From NCBI GenBank assembly GCA_039111155.1, contig JBCCPL010000009.1:1-64000 (forward strand): DNA of 64,000 bases, read 5' to 3'. A program made the translations under genes and the position numbers. The notes below the pieces were generated by a model that did no database searches, was not told the DNA's origin, and was given only the letters and a program-made list of their open reading frames with translations. Shown piece by piece: positions 10,542-20,592 of the stretch. Every line of letters begins with the position of its first letter. Position 1 is the stretch's first letter. Source of the stretch: Pseudomonadota bacterium (GTDB taxonomy: Bacteria > Pseudomonadota > Gammaproteobacteria > Pseudomonadales > Halieaceae).

Positions 10542-10794
10542 GGCCTTAGTCGCGTTTTTTCTGTCAATTCCCGCCGCGGCAGCGATTCTCGGGTTGTTTC
10601 TTGTATGGACCCCGGATGTGCCTGCCAAGGTACTTCCATCTTTGCTGATGTTTTTTCCTCTGTGGATCTGTGTGGGGGCCGCAACGTACTTTATTCCGCG
10701 TACAAAGGTAGCCGTAGCATTGATGGTGGCTGTTGCATGCGTGGGTTTTGCTCTTATTGAAGCCACTAAATACTTTGGAATAGCAGGTATCTAA
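10507..10794 (+). CDS. small hydrophobic membrane protein (95 aa)
   Basis: Three hydrophobic helices; ends 3 nt before the PepSY protein start, suggesting co-transcription. Confidence 0.3.
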   Translation: MCFGGKSAVLPKALVAFFLSIPAAAAILGLFLVWTPDVPAKVLPSLLMFFPLWICVGAATYFIPRTKVAVALMVAVACVGFALIEATKYFGIAGI

Positions 10795-10796
10795 CC

Positions 10797-12548
10797 GTGG
10801 ATCAGACTATCGATACGGCAAACGAACCAAAAAATGGCGTGCAAGCCACACCGCCTGCGCGTGATAAAGCGAAGGCGCGTGCGCTCGCCGCAGCTGCGAA
10901 GAAGACACTCATCAAGCCGGACACGGTCAAGGCCTTCAAGAGCCTGCATACCTGGACCGGGGTAGGCGCGGGCATGGCTCTGTTTATCGCCTTCTTTGCC
11001 GGTGCATTGACGGTTTTTCACCACGAGCTGGGGGACTGGGATAGCTACGCCCAGCAAGTACCAAGGGAACAGACCATCGCGGAAGCTCAGCTGCTGGTGG
11101 AGCAAGCCATACTCGACGAGCCGGGTGCGGCAGAAAGCCTGAGGCTATATTTACCAGGCCATCACAGCAACGAGAACGAGGTCTACTGGTACGAGAGACT
11201 CGAGAACGATACGTTTGAGACCCATCGATGGCGCATGGATGATGCGGGAGGCATCGACACATCGCTAGAGACCGCACACGTGGCGGATTTCGTTTATCGA
11301 CTGCACTACACCGGTGGCCTGATGCCGGCACGTCTGGGCCTGTATGCCCTCGGTATCATTTGTGTGCTTTATGGCCTGGCACTGTTCTCCGGCGTGCTGC
11401 TTTTTATCCCCGGCTTTTTAAAAGACCTCTTGGTTGTGCGTAAAGGAGGCAAGAACCCGAAGCGCTTCTGGCTGGACGCACACAATGTGATTGGTGTGGT
11501 TTCGCTGCCCTTTCACATTCTGTTCGCCTGGAGCAGTGCAATTCTGGCGATTGGCGTGTTCTTTCTCGCGCCGTTTCAATACCTGGTGTTTGATGACGAT
11601 CTCACCAAACTCGTCGGTCCGGAACTTGGTTTTGTGGACGCCGTGGAACCAAAAAACGAGCCTGCCGAGATGCTGAGTATTGCTGAGGTCTTAGAGATCG
11701 TAGAGCGCGAACTACCTGGAATGGAACCCGAACAGGTGAGATTCGCCCACTATGGCGATGCAGGTAGCAGCGTCTCAGTGTACGGGGACGCTCCAACGGG
11801 CACCTTGGTAACGGGAGCCGGCGTCACTTTGAATGCGGTTTCCGGTGAAGTCATCTCCTACTTCGATCCTGCCCAGGCGACGCCCGGGGGCACCTTCTAC
11901 CGAGGCTTAATGACTCTGCACTTCGTGGATTTCGGCGGCTACTTCGTTAAGTGGACGTTCTTTACGCTGTCGATGCTCGGGGCGTTCCTGTTCTATTCGG
12001 GCAACCTGCTGTTCGTAGAGAGCCGCCGCAAGCGCCGGGAGCAGCAACAGCCCGGCAAGGCAGTCTTGCTGGCCAAACTTAACAGTGGCGTGTGTATCGG
12101 TGCGATCGCAGGTATCGCCATGGCGATGTTGGCGAGTCGCTTTTTCAGCAACCTGGAGGGCCGGGCGGATCTTACCGAGTTCGCTTACTACACTGTGTTT
12201 CTGCTTGGACTTGGCTGGTCAATCTATCGCCCGGTCGCAAAGGGAACGCGTGATCTACTGAACCTATCAGCCTTACTGTGCTGCGCGATCCCGGTAGTCG
12301 ACGCGACGCTGATCGGTATGCCGCTATGGAAGAGCTTTGTCGAAGGCCATTGGTCACTGTTCGTGATCGACGTCATGGCACTCACGATGGGCGTCTTATT
12401 CTTGCGAATCGCCCGCGCAGTATCACACCGGTCGAAGAACGGCCCTGAGAACAGTGTTTGGTACAACCGGCCAACCGATCGAGAAGCACAGGAGTTAGTA
12501 CCCAACGAAGTTTCTCCGCCGGTCGCAGTGGCGGTAGCAAAAAACTAA
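10797..12548 (+). CDS. PepSY-associated TM-helix (PepSY_TM) membrane protein
   Basis: Long first-TM region containing 'FKSLHTWTGVGAGMALFIAFFAGALTVFHHEL' (PiuB/PepSY_TM signature), followed by periplasmic domains and further TM helices; 583 aa. Confidence 0.7.
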   Translation: MDQTIDTANEPKNGVQATPPARDKAKARALAAAAKKTLIKPDTVKAFKSLHTWTGVGAGMALFIAFFAGALTVFHHELGDWDSYAQQVPREQTIAEAQLLVEQAILDEPGAAESLRLYLPGHHSNENEVYWYERLENDTFETHRWRMDDAGGIDTSLETAHVADFVYRLHYTGGLMPARLGLYALGIICVLYGLALFSGVLLFIPGFLKDLLVVRKGGKNPKRFWLDAHNVIGVVSLPFHILFAWSSAILAIGVFFLAPFQYLVFDDDLTKLVGPELGFVDAVEPKNEPAEMLSIAEVLEIVERELPGMEPEQVRFAHYGDAGSSVSVYGDAPTGTLVTGAGVTLNAVSGEVISYFDPAQATPGGTFYRGLMTLHFVDFGGYFVKWTFFTLSMLGAFLFYSGNLLFVESRRKRREQQQPGKAVLLAKLNSGVCIGAIAGIAMAMLASRFFSNLEGRADLTEFAYYTVFLLGLGWSIYRPVAKGTRDLLNLSALLCCAIPVVDATLIGMPLWKSFVEGHWSLFVIDVMALTMGVLFLRIARAVSHRSKNGPENSVWYNRPTDREAQELVPNEVSPPVAVAVAKN

Positions 12549-12781
12549 CGCCTCACGCGACGTCCATCCGACGCTGAATCCCTAGCTTCTCCCCGGCGTC
12601 GCATTGTAGGCGTTAACGTAGCGGTTTTAGCAGCGCAGCAGTTTTCGCTACCGACACCCCGCTTGATTTTTGTACCTGCTTTTCGCGCCGTGGGCCAGCA
12701 GGGACTGCACCCCAGGACGAGTTCTCTATCCTCACTAGCGAACCCGCGAAATTTCGAACTCAGAGAGTTCGAGATTCAATT

Positions 12782-13351
12782 TCATGAGTTTGACAAGCAC
12801 GCGCTTGTCAGTCGCGCATACAGGCCCGCAACTAACACTCCACTCATTACACCCGCAAGATGCATTTCAAATGAAATGCGTGAATCCGAGGGCACAAGAC
12901 CCCATACCATGCCGCCGTAGAAGAAAACTACGACGACGGCCATGAGCACGCTTTTCAATTTCCGGTCTAACCAGGCAATGCTGATCAGCATCCCCCACAG
13001 TCCATAAACCCAACCGCTTGCACCCAAGTGCGCCGCTTCGCGACCAAAAAGCCAGACCAAGCCACCGCTAATGGCGATGATGCAGGCGCTGCCGAACAGG
13101 AATAGAAGTCTCGATCGGAGAGCTACCATGGATCCAAATACGAGCAGACCCGTGCAGTTGCTCATCAAGTGTGATGAGTTCGCATGTACGAATGGCGCGC
13201 TGAAGATCGTAAACCAACGGCTGTCTGAACGCGGGAGGACACCGTAGAGTTCTGGGCGCAGACCTACCCCGATTGCTGCGGCATGAGCGAGGACCTCTAG
13301 CAATACAACGGCGGTAACCAAGGTTAGTGCCTTCGCCAATCGCCGCAGCAT
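12782..13351 (-). CDS. rhomboid-family intramembrane serine protease (last gene of the giant-ATPase operon)
   Basis: Textbook rhomboid motifs: 'FVHANSSHLMSN' (TM2 H/N), 'GASGWVYGL' (GxSG catalytic Ser, TM4), 'HLAGVMSGVLVAGLY' (catalytic His, TM6). Start at 13351 abuts the stop of the upstream giant gene (13352). Confidence 0.85.
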   Translation of the reverse strand: MLRRLAKALTLVTAVVLLEVLAHAAAIGVGLRPELYGVLPRSDSRWFTIFSAPFVHANSSHLMSNCTGLLVFGSMVALRSRLLFLFGSACIIAISGGLVWLFGREAAHLGASGWVYGLWGMLISIAWLDRKLKSVLMAVVVVFFYGGMVWGLVPSDSRISFEMHLAGVMSGVLVAGLYARLTSACLSNS

Positions 13352-16300
13352 CTAACTACCTGGTGGAGACTCGCCCGCGTCGTGCAGCTCGTCTTGTAGG
13401 CTACGGAGTTGTTGCGAAACCTCGACCATTTTTTCGTGAGTGCGTAGATCGATATCGAGTTTTTTATCCATGTTGCGAATCAGGGGCATAATGCTGTGCT
13501 CTAGAGAATCGGCAAGCGCATTTAAGACCTTATCAATGCCCGGTACGGGTCTGTTCTCGACGGTCACAGCGGGTGCATTCTCCTGTATCGCGGTCACCAA
13601 ACGATCTGCCAATTCCTCAACGCCGGCACGACCCTGCTCATTTTGCTCCGTGGATGACGCAGAAGCCTTTGTTGCCAGTGCGTCTACTCCATTCACCAGG
13701 TCAACGAGCTGCGCCACAACTTTATTGCCCACATCGGCATCGTCGCCGCCGATGGCTTTGTTACGCAAAAAATCCGCCTTAATCTGTTCCCAGCGCTGCC
13801 TCTCCTCCGCGCTCATCACACCGCGCAATTCTTGCAGCTTTAGAAGATTCGCCTCCGCTCCAGTGGTCAAAAGCTGTGCTTCGCCGAGATAGTGATCTTC
13901 GATCATTTGCTGAAGCTCTTCGTCGTTCATCACGGAGGAAATCTTCTCCGTCATTTTGTTCATGTTGCGGTAGCTGCCCTGTAGTTTGAACGGTGGCTCA
14001 ACTCTATACGCGTCCTCTTGGCCAGCTGATTCGATATATTGCTGATTGATCTTCAAGACGATGTCCTGAACTACGAACATCTTGCGCAGCACAGCGGTGA
14101 TTTCATTGATTTCGGCGGCGCTGTAGGCATGGCTGAGATCAGAGGTTGCGACCTCTGCGCCTTTAGCGATAGCAACGAGTTTGTAGACGTCGCCCATCTC
14201 CCGCGTCGCGAGCGGTGCCAGAGCAGTATTGGAAGTCAGGGCGTTTTCGACGTAGCTGAGCGCAAACTGCTCTTCCATTCCACCAAGAATGTCGCCCAAA
14301 TTGTAGATATCTGCGCGGTTGGCCAGCATATCGGGAACTTTGAACGTCTCACCGCTTTCTGTGTAGGGATTACCTGCCATGACTACACAGAACTTTTTTC
14401 CACGCATGTCGTAGGTCTTGCTGACACCCTTCCAAACGCCTTCGATGCGTCGCGTGCCATCACAGAGGGATATGAACTTCTGTAGAAACTCCGGATGGGT
14501 ATGCTGAATATCGTCTAGGTACAGCATTACGTTGGAGCCCATTTCAAGTGCAAGATTGAGTTTTTCAAGCTCACTGGAAGCAGTCGAATTTGGCGCTTGT
14601 AGCGGATCGAGGGACTTAACGTCGTGGCCAAGTGCGGGACAATTGATCTTCATGAAAACAAGACCCAGACGACTGGCGACGTATTCCATCAAGGTTGTCT
14701 TACCGTAACCCGGTGGTGAAATCATCATCAGCAGGCCCATGAGGTCCGTTCTCTTGCTCTGGCCGAAAGTACCCATCTGCTTCGCTAGGTTGTCCCCGAT
14801 GAGTGGTAGATATGACTCATTAATCAAGCGATTGCGAACGAACGAACTCAGTGGTCGGGCCCGGAACTCCTCAAGGCGTAGATTTTTACGAGCGAAAGAA
14901 ACTGCCGACCGACGCTGTTCAAGATAGCTTTGATATGCGGGCACAACCTCGGTTCTATGCTGTTCCAAACGCAATAGGAACGTATCAATGGCAAACTCGA
15001 GAGACTGATCTTTAATCGTGGGATGTTCCCCAAGGAGTCCGCCGACTCGCAGCTCAGTTTCAACCGAGGTAGCCCGCCGGGTCAGGGTCTTTTCCGCATT
15101 GATGTGTGCTACCGCCTCAGGAATATAATGCTCGTAGTGAGACAGTCCTTTGCTCTTGACCATGGCAGTAAGCCACGCCGTGCTCAATTGCCATCGCTGG
15201 GCAGGCCAGCCTTTCATTTGCCGCAGCGCGTGCTTTAGCTGTCGCCAGGTCCGCTCGCCAACGGCCGTTGTCAGTTCTGTGACCAACGATTGCGCATACT
15301 TACTGCCAATAAACTCAAGATGCTCACGACTCAACTCTTCGACCAAGTATTGAGCAGCCCGCTGCACCTGCAGCGTCGAGACGGGAATCGGATGCAGATC
15401 GAGAAAGTCCTGAAGCGCTCGCTGCACTTCTTGGGACAACAGGCTTAGGGCGTCGCTACGTGCAAATGTTGACTTCATCTGTGCGCCGGATTGCGCACGC
15501 TCACGCCAGGTCTCGTGCGAAAGGCGCTGCACCGGGGTGCCGGGATCGATTTCGACAATCGTCTCCGTGGCATGCAGGTTCGCCCAAAACACCTGCGCAA
15601 GACCGCGGCTGGCCGGGTCAAAGGTCAGCAGGTCGCAGCGCTGCATGGCCGAGGTGACTTCGTCAAGAATCAGGAGCGCATCGTGATCATGAACGCCCTT
15701 TACGTATCCTTCTTTGTAGTGCTTGGTGACAAATCTCTGAATTAGAGCCTCAAGTTTCTTGCGGTCGACTGGCGCATTGTCTGCGGTCGCGTTCGCAAAG
15801 TCTTGTCCCCGTTGCAGCTCCACAAGGACCGTGTACGCAAGGTATTCGCTCCGGTATACCGTCGGACCCTCGGACTCAAGGGTCATTTCCCAGTAGTCGC
15901 TAAGCGCATCTAGACTCGGGTCGTCGATTGGCTCAAAGAAATCAGTTCCTGTGAGATGAAGGTCGAGACGACCCTCCCGCGGGATGATACTGAGATCAAG
16001 CTCCTGTGTATTGACGGAGAAACGATGCCGGGGCCCAAGCCGAATGACGGCTCCATCGTCCTCGAAAATATCGCTCTTATCACGAAGCGAACGGTGTGCC
16101 AGCTCGCTGGCGGCTTTGAATCGAGCCTCTATGTCATCGGCTTTTACCGCACTCCCTAAATCGCGGAGCTGCTCGCAGAAATCTCCAACTTTAAGCACTA
16201 GGGGGTCAGATGCAAAATAGGTGTTCAATGCATCCTGATCGGCCAGAGTAAGAGAGCGCTTTTCGATATTTACCAGTGTCCGCTCTGCTGCATCGGCAAT

Positions 16301-18619
16301 CGACTGTGATTTACGTTGACGCTCATCGAGCAATTGCTGCTTACGCGTCTCGAAGGACTCGTAGACTTCCTCCCGCTTTGCTACAAGTTCACCGATGAAC
16401 TGCTCATGCTCTCCAAACTGGCCCTCCAGATCCTCTAACTGAACCAAAAGGCGCGACAGAAGCTCATCACAGCGCTTCGGCGTGTCCGATTTACTCAAAT
16501 TGTTAGCCACGCTCTGTGAAAACAGCTTGAACTGGGCACTGAACTGAGCGGTCGCCTCCTCAGACCCCAACGATTTGGCTTTGAGCCTCGCTGTTGCGCG
16601 AATACGATTAAGCAGCGCGTAGACTTGAGAGATCGAATCGATGATCTCCGTATGCAGAGTTGCATCGTCTACACTCAGGGTACTGACAAGCTCCGAAAGC
16701 AAGTCAAGATCGGAGGATGTAGCTTCTAGGCTTTCGAGTACCGGCTTAAGCTCCGACATCGTTTTTGCGGTCTCGAGCGCAGCTTCAAAACTCTGAGCCT
16801 TGCTTTCGTAAGGAGTCAGTGCGTCTGCAGAGGACAGAAAGGCTGTGGTTTTCGCACTCAGTTCCTGCTCGACAGCCTCTAGATCGACACTCATCAGTTT
16901 TACCTGATTAATGTCTATGTAACGAAGCTCTTGGATTGTCACCAGATGACCGCGCTGGCGGCGCAGCTTACCCAGAGTAGTTACGTACTGCTCTGCGGAG
17001 TCCCAACTCTCTGGCCGCACCGACTGCAGGAGAGCCTTCTGTTCTGTCCGCGCATCGCGCAATGCGATTTCTGACTGCTCACGAATTGCGTGGACTTTTT
17101 CAAATTCATCGATGACAAGATCGGCGGTTTCAGCGATTTGCCGAGCTAGTAGGCCCACCGCAGCTACTTCATCGTCCGCCAACCAAAAATGATCATCAAA
17201 CAACTTGCTAGCAATACGCCTTAGTTCTTCATAATGCCTTGTTGATACGGTTTCGTTGTCAATATGGCGACACATGGCGTAGAGATCCGATACGCCGCGG
17301 ACCAGTTCAGCATTACCGATCCGAGAGTAAAAGGTCTGTCCGATTGACTTGTATGCCGCATGTTCCTCACTGGAAAACGGTGTATGCCAGAGCTGCATTG
17401 GATGCACGCGGGTAGCTTCTTCTTCAGCTGAAAAGATGACCAGGCCGCCATCAGCGGCAAGCGCATAGCCGTGGCAGACGATTGGATTGGCGAGCTCTTT
17501 CCGAATCAGATTGTAGGCCAACAATGCCGACGTGCCCGACTCCGGTGCGTAAAAAACATACAACACGTCCTCACCATTGGGTGAACGAACGCGTTGACGA
17601 AACTTTAAGTTGGGTACGAAATCGCTGAGCGACTTGTATTCACCGGTCTCTAGAAAATAACCGCCCGGAAAAATGACACCGTGATCATCGGGAAGCTGCA
17701 CACACGATGCGCCGATGGCATCAACCCGCGTGACATTCTCAGTCAGTGAATTGAAAATGAGAAAACGCCACTGTTGTTCTCTGTAAGGGCGAACCTTTAG
17801 CAAGATCAGATTGCCAACCAGCGCGTAAGCAAGCTGTACGTCGTCAAGGGACTGGGTAGCATCCTCCACCGGCTCGCTGTAGATGCCGAGACCGTCTTCT
17901 GTATTGTTTTCAACTTTGACCGTTAATGTGCCGTCCAAGGTTTCAACGAATACCCGGTCGCGAACATTGATGTGCGCGTGGCGGCCGTGGACAAAGTCAT
18001 CACGACTAGTTTCAATCCAATCGAAGTCAAAGGCGGGTGGCGGCCTGATATCACGCTCACCGCGGTTATCGATGTATTCAACACGAGAACCGTCGGGGGA
18101 AAGGGTCCAGCGAAACACACGTATATCGCTAAGGCGCTCACCGATCTGGAAGCCAGCAAGCAGCTTACCGTCGCGAACCGTCAGTTCGATCAACTGCGTG
18201 TGCTTGTAATAACGATATAGTTCGTCGAAGTCGTTAACGAACCTTTGCTCCGCTAAAAAACTCCCAACCAGTGGTACGGCCGTCATATCCACACTGTCAG
18301 TGTCAGTGTTGACGTCGAACAGTGCGAAGACATCGGCGACCCGGGTTTCTCTCTTGAGCCCGATGAAAACGTTATAGCCAAACAGTAGGTGCCCGCCTAC
18401 CTGAACGATGTCGCGCGCTACACAGTTGTTTTCGGTACGCACGCGGGTACGACCGACAACCCGCATGTCCGATGCTCCGAATTCATCTACTCGGGCCTGA
18501 TTCAGGGAGGCTATTTGTGCCTGAAGGTCCTGCGACTGCATATCCAGTCGCTTGCGGATGACTTCATAGGCGCCCCCCTGCGCGACGGCATCATCGACTT
18601 GTGACTCTTCCTGGCTCAC
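13352..18619 (-). CDS. giant (1755 aa) multidomain P-loop/AAA+-like ATPase with long coiled-coil regions; function unknown
   Basis: Uninterrupted 5.27-kb ORF. Walker A 'MISPPGYGKTTL' at about residue 1300 (nt ~14693-14740) and Walker B-like 'VMLYLDDIQH' about 65 aa later. N-terminal ~450 aa beta-rich. Residues ~500-1000 are strongly helical, E/L/A/Q/S-rich coiled-coil-like; C-terminal ~300 aa helical. Codon usage matches its neighbours. Confidence 0.75.
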   Translation of the reverse strand: MSQEESQVDDAVAQGGAYEVIRKRLDMQSQDLQAQIASLNQARVDEFGASDMRVVGRTRVRTENNCVARDIVQVGGHLLFGYNVFIGLKRETRVADVFALFDVNTDTDSVDMTAVPLVGSFLAEQRFVNDFDELYRYYKHTQLIELTVRDGKLLAGFQIGERLSDIRVFRWTLSPDGSRVEYIDNRGERDIRPPPAFDFDWIETSRDDFVHGRHAHINVRDRVFVETLDGTLTVKVENNTEDGLGIYSEPVEDATQSLDDVQLAYALVGNLILLKVRPYREQQWRFLIFNSLTENVTRVDAIGASCVQLPDDHGVIFPGGYFLETGEYKSLSDFVPNLKFRQRVRSPNGEDVLYVFYAPESGTSALLAYNLIRKELANPIVCHGYALAADGGLVIFSAEEEATRVHPMQLWHTPFSSEEHAAYKSIGQTFYSRIGNAELVRGVSDLYAMCRHIDNETVSTRHYEELRRIASKLFDDHFWLADDEVAAVGLLARQIAETADLVIDEFEKVHAIREQSEIALRDARTEQKALLQSVRPESWDSAEQYVTTLGKLRRQRGHLVTIQELRYIDINQVKLMSVDLEAVEQELSAKTTAFLSSADALTPYESKAQSFEAALETAKTMSELKPVLESLEATSSDLDLLSELVSTLSVDDATLHTEIIDSISQVYALLNRIRATARLKAKSLGSEEATAQFSAQFKLFSQSVANNLSKSDTPKRCDELLSRLLVQLEDLEGQFGEHEQFIGELVAKREEVYESFETRKQQLLDERQRKSQSIADAAERTLVNIEKRSLTLADQDALNTYFASDPLVLKVGDFCEQLRDLGSAVKADDIEARFKAASELAHRSLRDKSDIFEDDGAVIRLGPRHRFSVNTQELDLSIIPREGRLDLHLTGTDFFEPIDDPSLDALSDYWEMTLESEGPTVYRSEYLAYTVLVELQRGQDFANATADNAPVDRKKLEALIQRFVTKHYKEGYVKGVHDHDALLILDEVTSAMQRCDLLTFDPASRGLAQVFWANLHATETIVEIDPGTPVQRLSHETWRERAQSGAQMKSTFARSDALSLLSQEVQRALQDFLDLHPIPVSTLQVQRAAQYLVEELSREHLEFIGSKYAQSLVTELTTAVGERTWRQLKHALRQMKGWPAQRWQLSTAWLTAMVKSKGLSHYEHYIPEAVAHINAEKTLTRRATSVETELRVGGLLGEHPTIKDQSLEFAIDTFLLRLEQHRTEVVPAYQSYLEQRRSAVSFARKNLRLEEFRARPLSSFVRNRLINESYLPLIGDNLAKQMGTFGQSKRTDLMGLLMMISPPGYGKTTLMEYVASRLGLVFMKINCPALGHDVKSLDPLQAPNSTASSELEKLNLALEMGSNVMLYLDDIQHTHPEFLQKFISLCDGTRRIEGVWKGVSKTYDMRGKKFCVVMAGNPYTESGETFKVPDMLANRADIYNLGDILGGMEEQFALSYVENALTSNTALAPLATREMGDVYKLVAIAKGAEVATSDLSHAYSAAEINEITAVLRKMFVVQDIVLKINQQYIESAGQEDAYRVEPPFKLQGSYRNMNKMTEKISSVMNDEELQQMIEDHYLGEAQLLTTGAEANLLKLQELRGVMSAEERQRWEQIKADFLRNKAIGGDDADVGNKVVAQLVDLVNGVDALATKASASSTEQNEQGRAGVEELADRLVTAIQENAPAVTVENRPVPGIDKVLNALADSLEHSIMPLIRNMDKKLDIDLRTHEKMVEVSQQLRSLQDELHDAGESPPGS

Positions 18620-18647
18620 TCGTGCTACTCCGGTGCCGCTTGGACCA

Positions 18648-20534
18648 TCAAATCGAATCGCGCTCTGTCGCTACACTCGCCTCGGGGCGAGCTTCCAAAA
18701 CCCGGTCAATAAGGGCAGAGATCGTGCCACTCTTCTCCGCAAGCCCATCCACCGCTTTCCCGATGGATAGTGACTTGGCGAAGTTGTCGAAGAAGTGCTC
18801 TTCACCACCCACAATATCGATCTTTGCTTTTTCAAGCGCAGTTGCCAGAACCTCCGCATTCTCGCGAGCTATTTCTTTACCGGCTTCGATAGACGCCAAC
18901 GCCTCCCTAAGGGCTGTCTCCAGACCCATGCGGTACTCCTCGTGAGCCCGGGCTTCCACGCTCATGCTGTTCATTGCGTCGAACTTATCGGTTAGGCCGT
19001 CGGCCTCGGCCTTGAACTGCTCTCGGGTAACCTCGGCCTGGGCCTTGCCGGTTCCGAGAAGAGCATCCGCCTCGGCATCGCCCTTCGCCTTGATCACAGT
19101 TGCCTCGGCAAGGCCTTCTTTTTCTAGCGCATCGGCTTTTGCGGCCTGCACTCGTGCCTCGGCGAGCCCTGTTGCGGCTTCCTCCGCCTGTGTACCCTCG
19201 GCGAGCTGCTTCTTTGCATCGGCCTCTTTTGCGGCTGCATCCAACTCAGCCTGAGCGATCGTTGTGATTTCCACTGCCTTGTGGCGAGCGGCGGCCTCCT
19301 CGGCTTCTGCAGCTTTCACTTGCTTGGTTTTTTCCTCCTCTGCCTGCGCTTCCGCCGCAAGAACCTGGGTCTGCTTAAGGCGATCCGCCTCGGAAACTTC
19401 ACGAACCTCCTTAATGTTCTCTTCCTCGATTGCTACGGTCTTGTCGACGGCGACCCTTTCACGAATGACGTTGGCGATTTCCTTCTTTTCAACCTCAACG
19501 GCTTTCTCCGCCTCTATCTTTTGCAGCTCGACCTCTCGCTCCCGGGATACAACTTCCAGATCGCGTGCTCGCGTCACCTTCTCCTGCTCGATAGCCACTG
19601 CTCGCTGACGATTCTGCTCCGCCACCTCGATCTCCCGCTGCTGATTCTCGGTCTGTACGGCAAGTTCCTGCGCTACCTGAATCGCAGTAGTTTCAGCCCG
19701 TTGCCGCTCTTCTTCTTGTACTTTTTTAGTCTCCGCTTCTTCACGGGCACGAATGGTCGCTATTTCACGCTCTTGCTTGGCTTCCGCGTCCGCTTGCTGG
19801 CGCTCCAGTTCGAGCATGGCCTCGACGGTCTCCACGTTCTTCTTCTTTATCGCCAACTCTTCGTCACGTTCGAGATCATTTGTGCGGACGTTCTGTGCTG
19901 CCGTAAGTTCTGTGATTTTCTTGATGCCTTCTGCATCTAGAATATTGGTGGGATCGAGAGAGCCTTTAGGAGTCTGCTCAAGATAATCGATGGCAACATC
20001 CTCGAGTACGTAGCCGTTCAGATCGTCTCCGATCACCTGGATAATCTTTTCTCGGAAGTCCTGACGATTTTCGAACAACTGCACAAAGTCGATCTGCTTG
20101 CCTACAGTTTTCAGCGCTTCAGAGAACTTGGCATTGAACAGCTCGTTCACAGCGACCCTGTCTGATGCACGGCTCGCTCCGATCGATTTTGCGACCTTTA
20201 AAACATCGTCCGCAGTCTCGTTCACCCGTAAGTAGAACGCGACAACGATGTCAGCGCGCATATTGTCTTTACAGATCAGTCCATCCGTTCCCCGCCGATC
20301 TATCTCCAGAGTGATCAGTGAGATACGCATTAGCTCTTTCTTGTAAATGATTGGGTAAACAAGTGCGCCCGTGAAATGAACCTTCGGACGCGAACTCATA
20401 TCGTTCACAATCAGCGCAGTCCCCTGCTCGACCTTCACATAGAAAGCCTTAAAGATGGCTGCAAATCCCATCAGGATGACAAAGAAAATGCCTACGCCAG
20501 TCACAATAGGCATTAACACAGAAAGGTCAGCCAT
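18648..20534 (-). CDS. flotillin-family SPFH/band-7 protein (YqiK-like)
   Basis: N-terminal TM helix, SPFH core ('VKVEQGTALIVNDMSS...', 'RADIVVAFYLRV'), then ~250 aa of E/A/K/Q-rich flotillin-type coiled coil; 628 aa. Confidence 0.9.
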   Translation of the reverse strand: MADLSVLMPIVTGVGIFFVILMGFAAIFKAFYVKVEQGTALIVNDMSSRPKVHFTGALVYPIIYKKELMRISLITLEIDRRGTDGLICKDNMRADIVVAFYLRVNETADDVLKVAKSIGASRASDRVAVNELFNAKFSEALKTVGKQIDFVQLFENRQDFREKIIQVIGDDLNGYVLEDVAIDYLEQTPKGSLDPTNILDAEGIKKITELTAAQNVRTNDLERDEELAIKKKNVETVEAMLELERQQADAEAKQEREIATIRAREEAETKKVQEEERQRAETTAIQVAQELAVQTENQQREIEVAEQNRQRAVAIEQEKVTRARDLEVVSREREVELQKIEAEKAVEVEKKEIANVIRERVAVDKTVAIEEENIKEVREVSEADRLKQTQVLAAEAQAEEEKTKQVKAAEAEEAAARHKAVEITTIAQAELDAAAKEADAKKQLAEGTQAEEAATGLAEARVQAAKADALEKEGLAEATVIKAKGDAEADALLGTGKAQAEVTREQFKAEADGLTDKFDAMNSMSVEARAHEEYRMGLETALREALASIEAGKEIARENAEVLATALEKAKIDIVGGEEHFFDNFAKSLSIGKAVDGLAEKSGTISALIDRVLEARPEASVATERDSI

Positions 20535-20592
20535 AGTGTTTACTCCAGTTTCTTTTGAATAAAAGTATCGTTAGGTACAAACGCCTGGCCGC

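Noticed and set aside
13440-13892. 150-aa + strand ORF inside the giant ATPase gene
   Set aside because: Entirely antisense to a 5.3-kb high-quality ORF. Ser/Ala/Cys-rich low-complexity translation.
18964-19940. Long + strand ORFs (96, 114, 219 aa) antisense to the flotillin gene
   Set aside because: Artefacts of the repetitive GAG/GCC/AAG codon usage of the flotillin coiled coil, which leaves the antisense frames open. The translated products are low-complexity Ser/Ala/Leu-rich with no start context.
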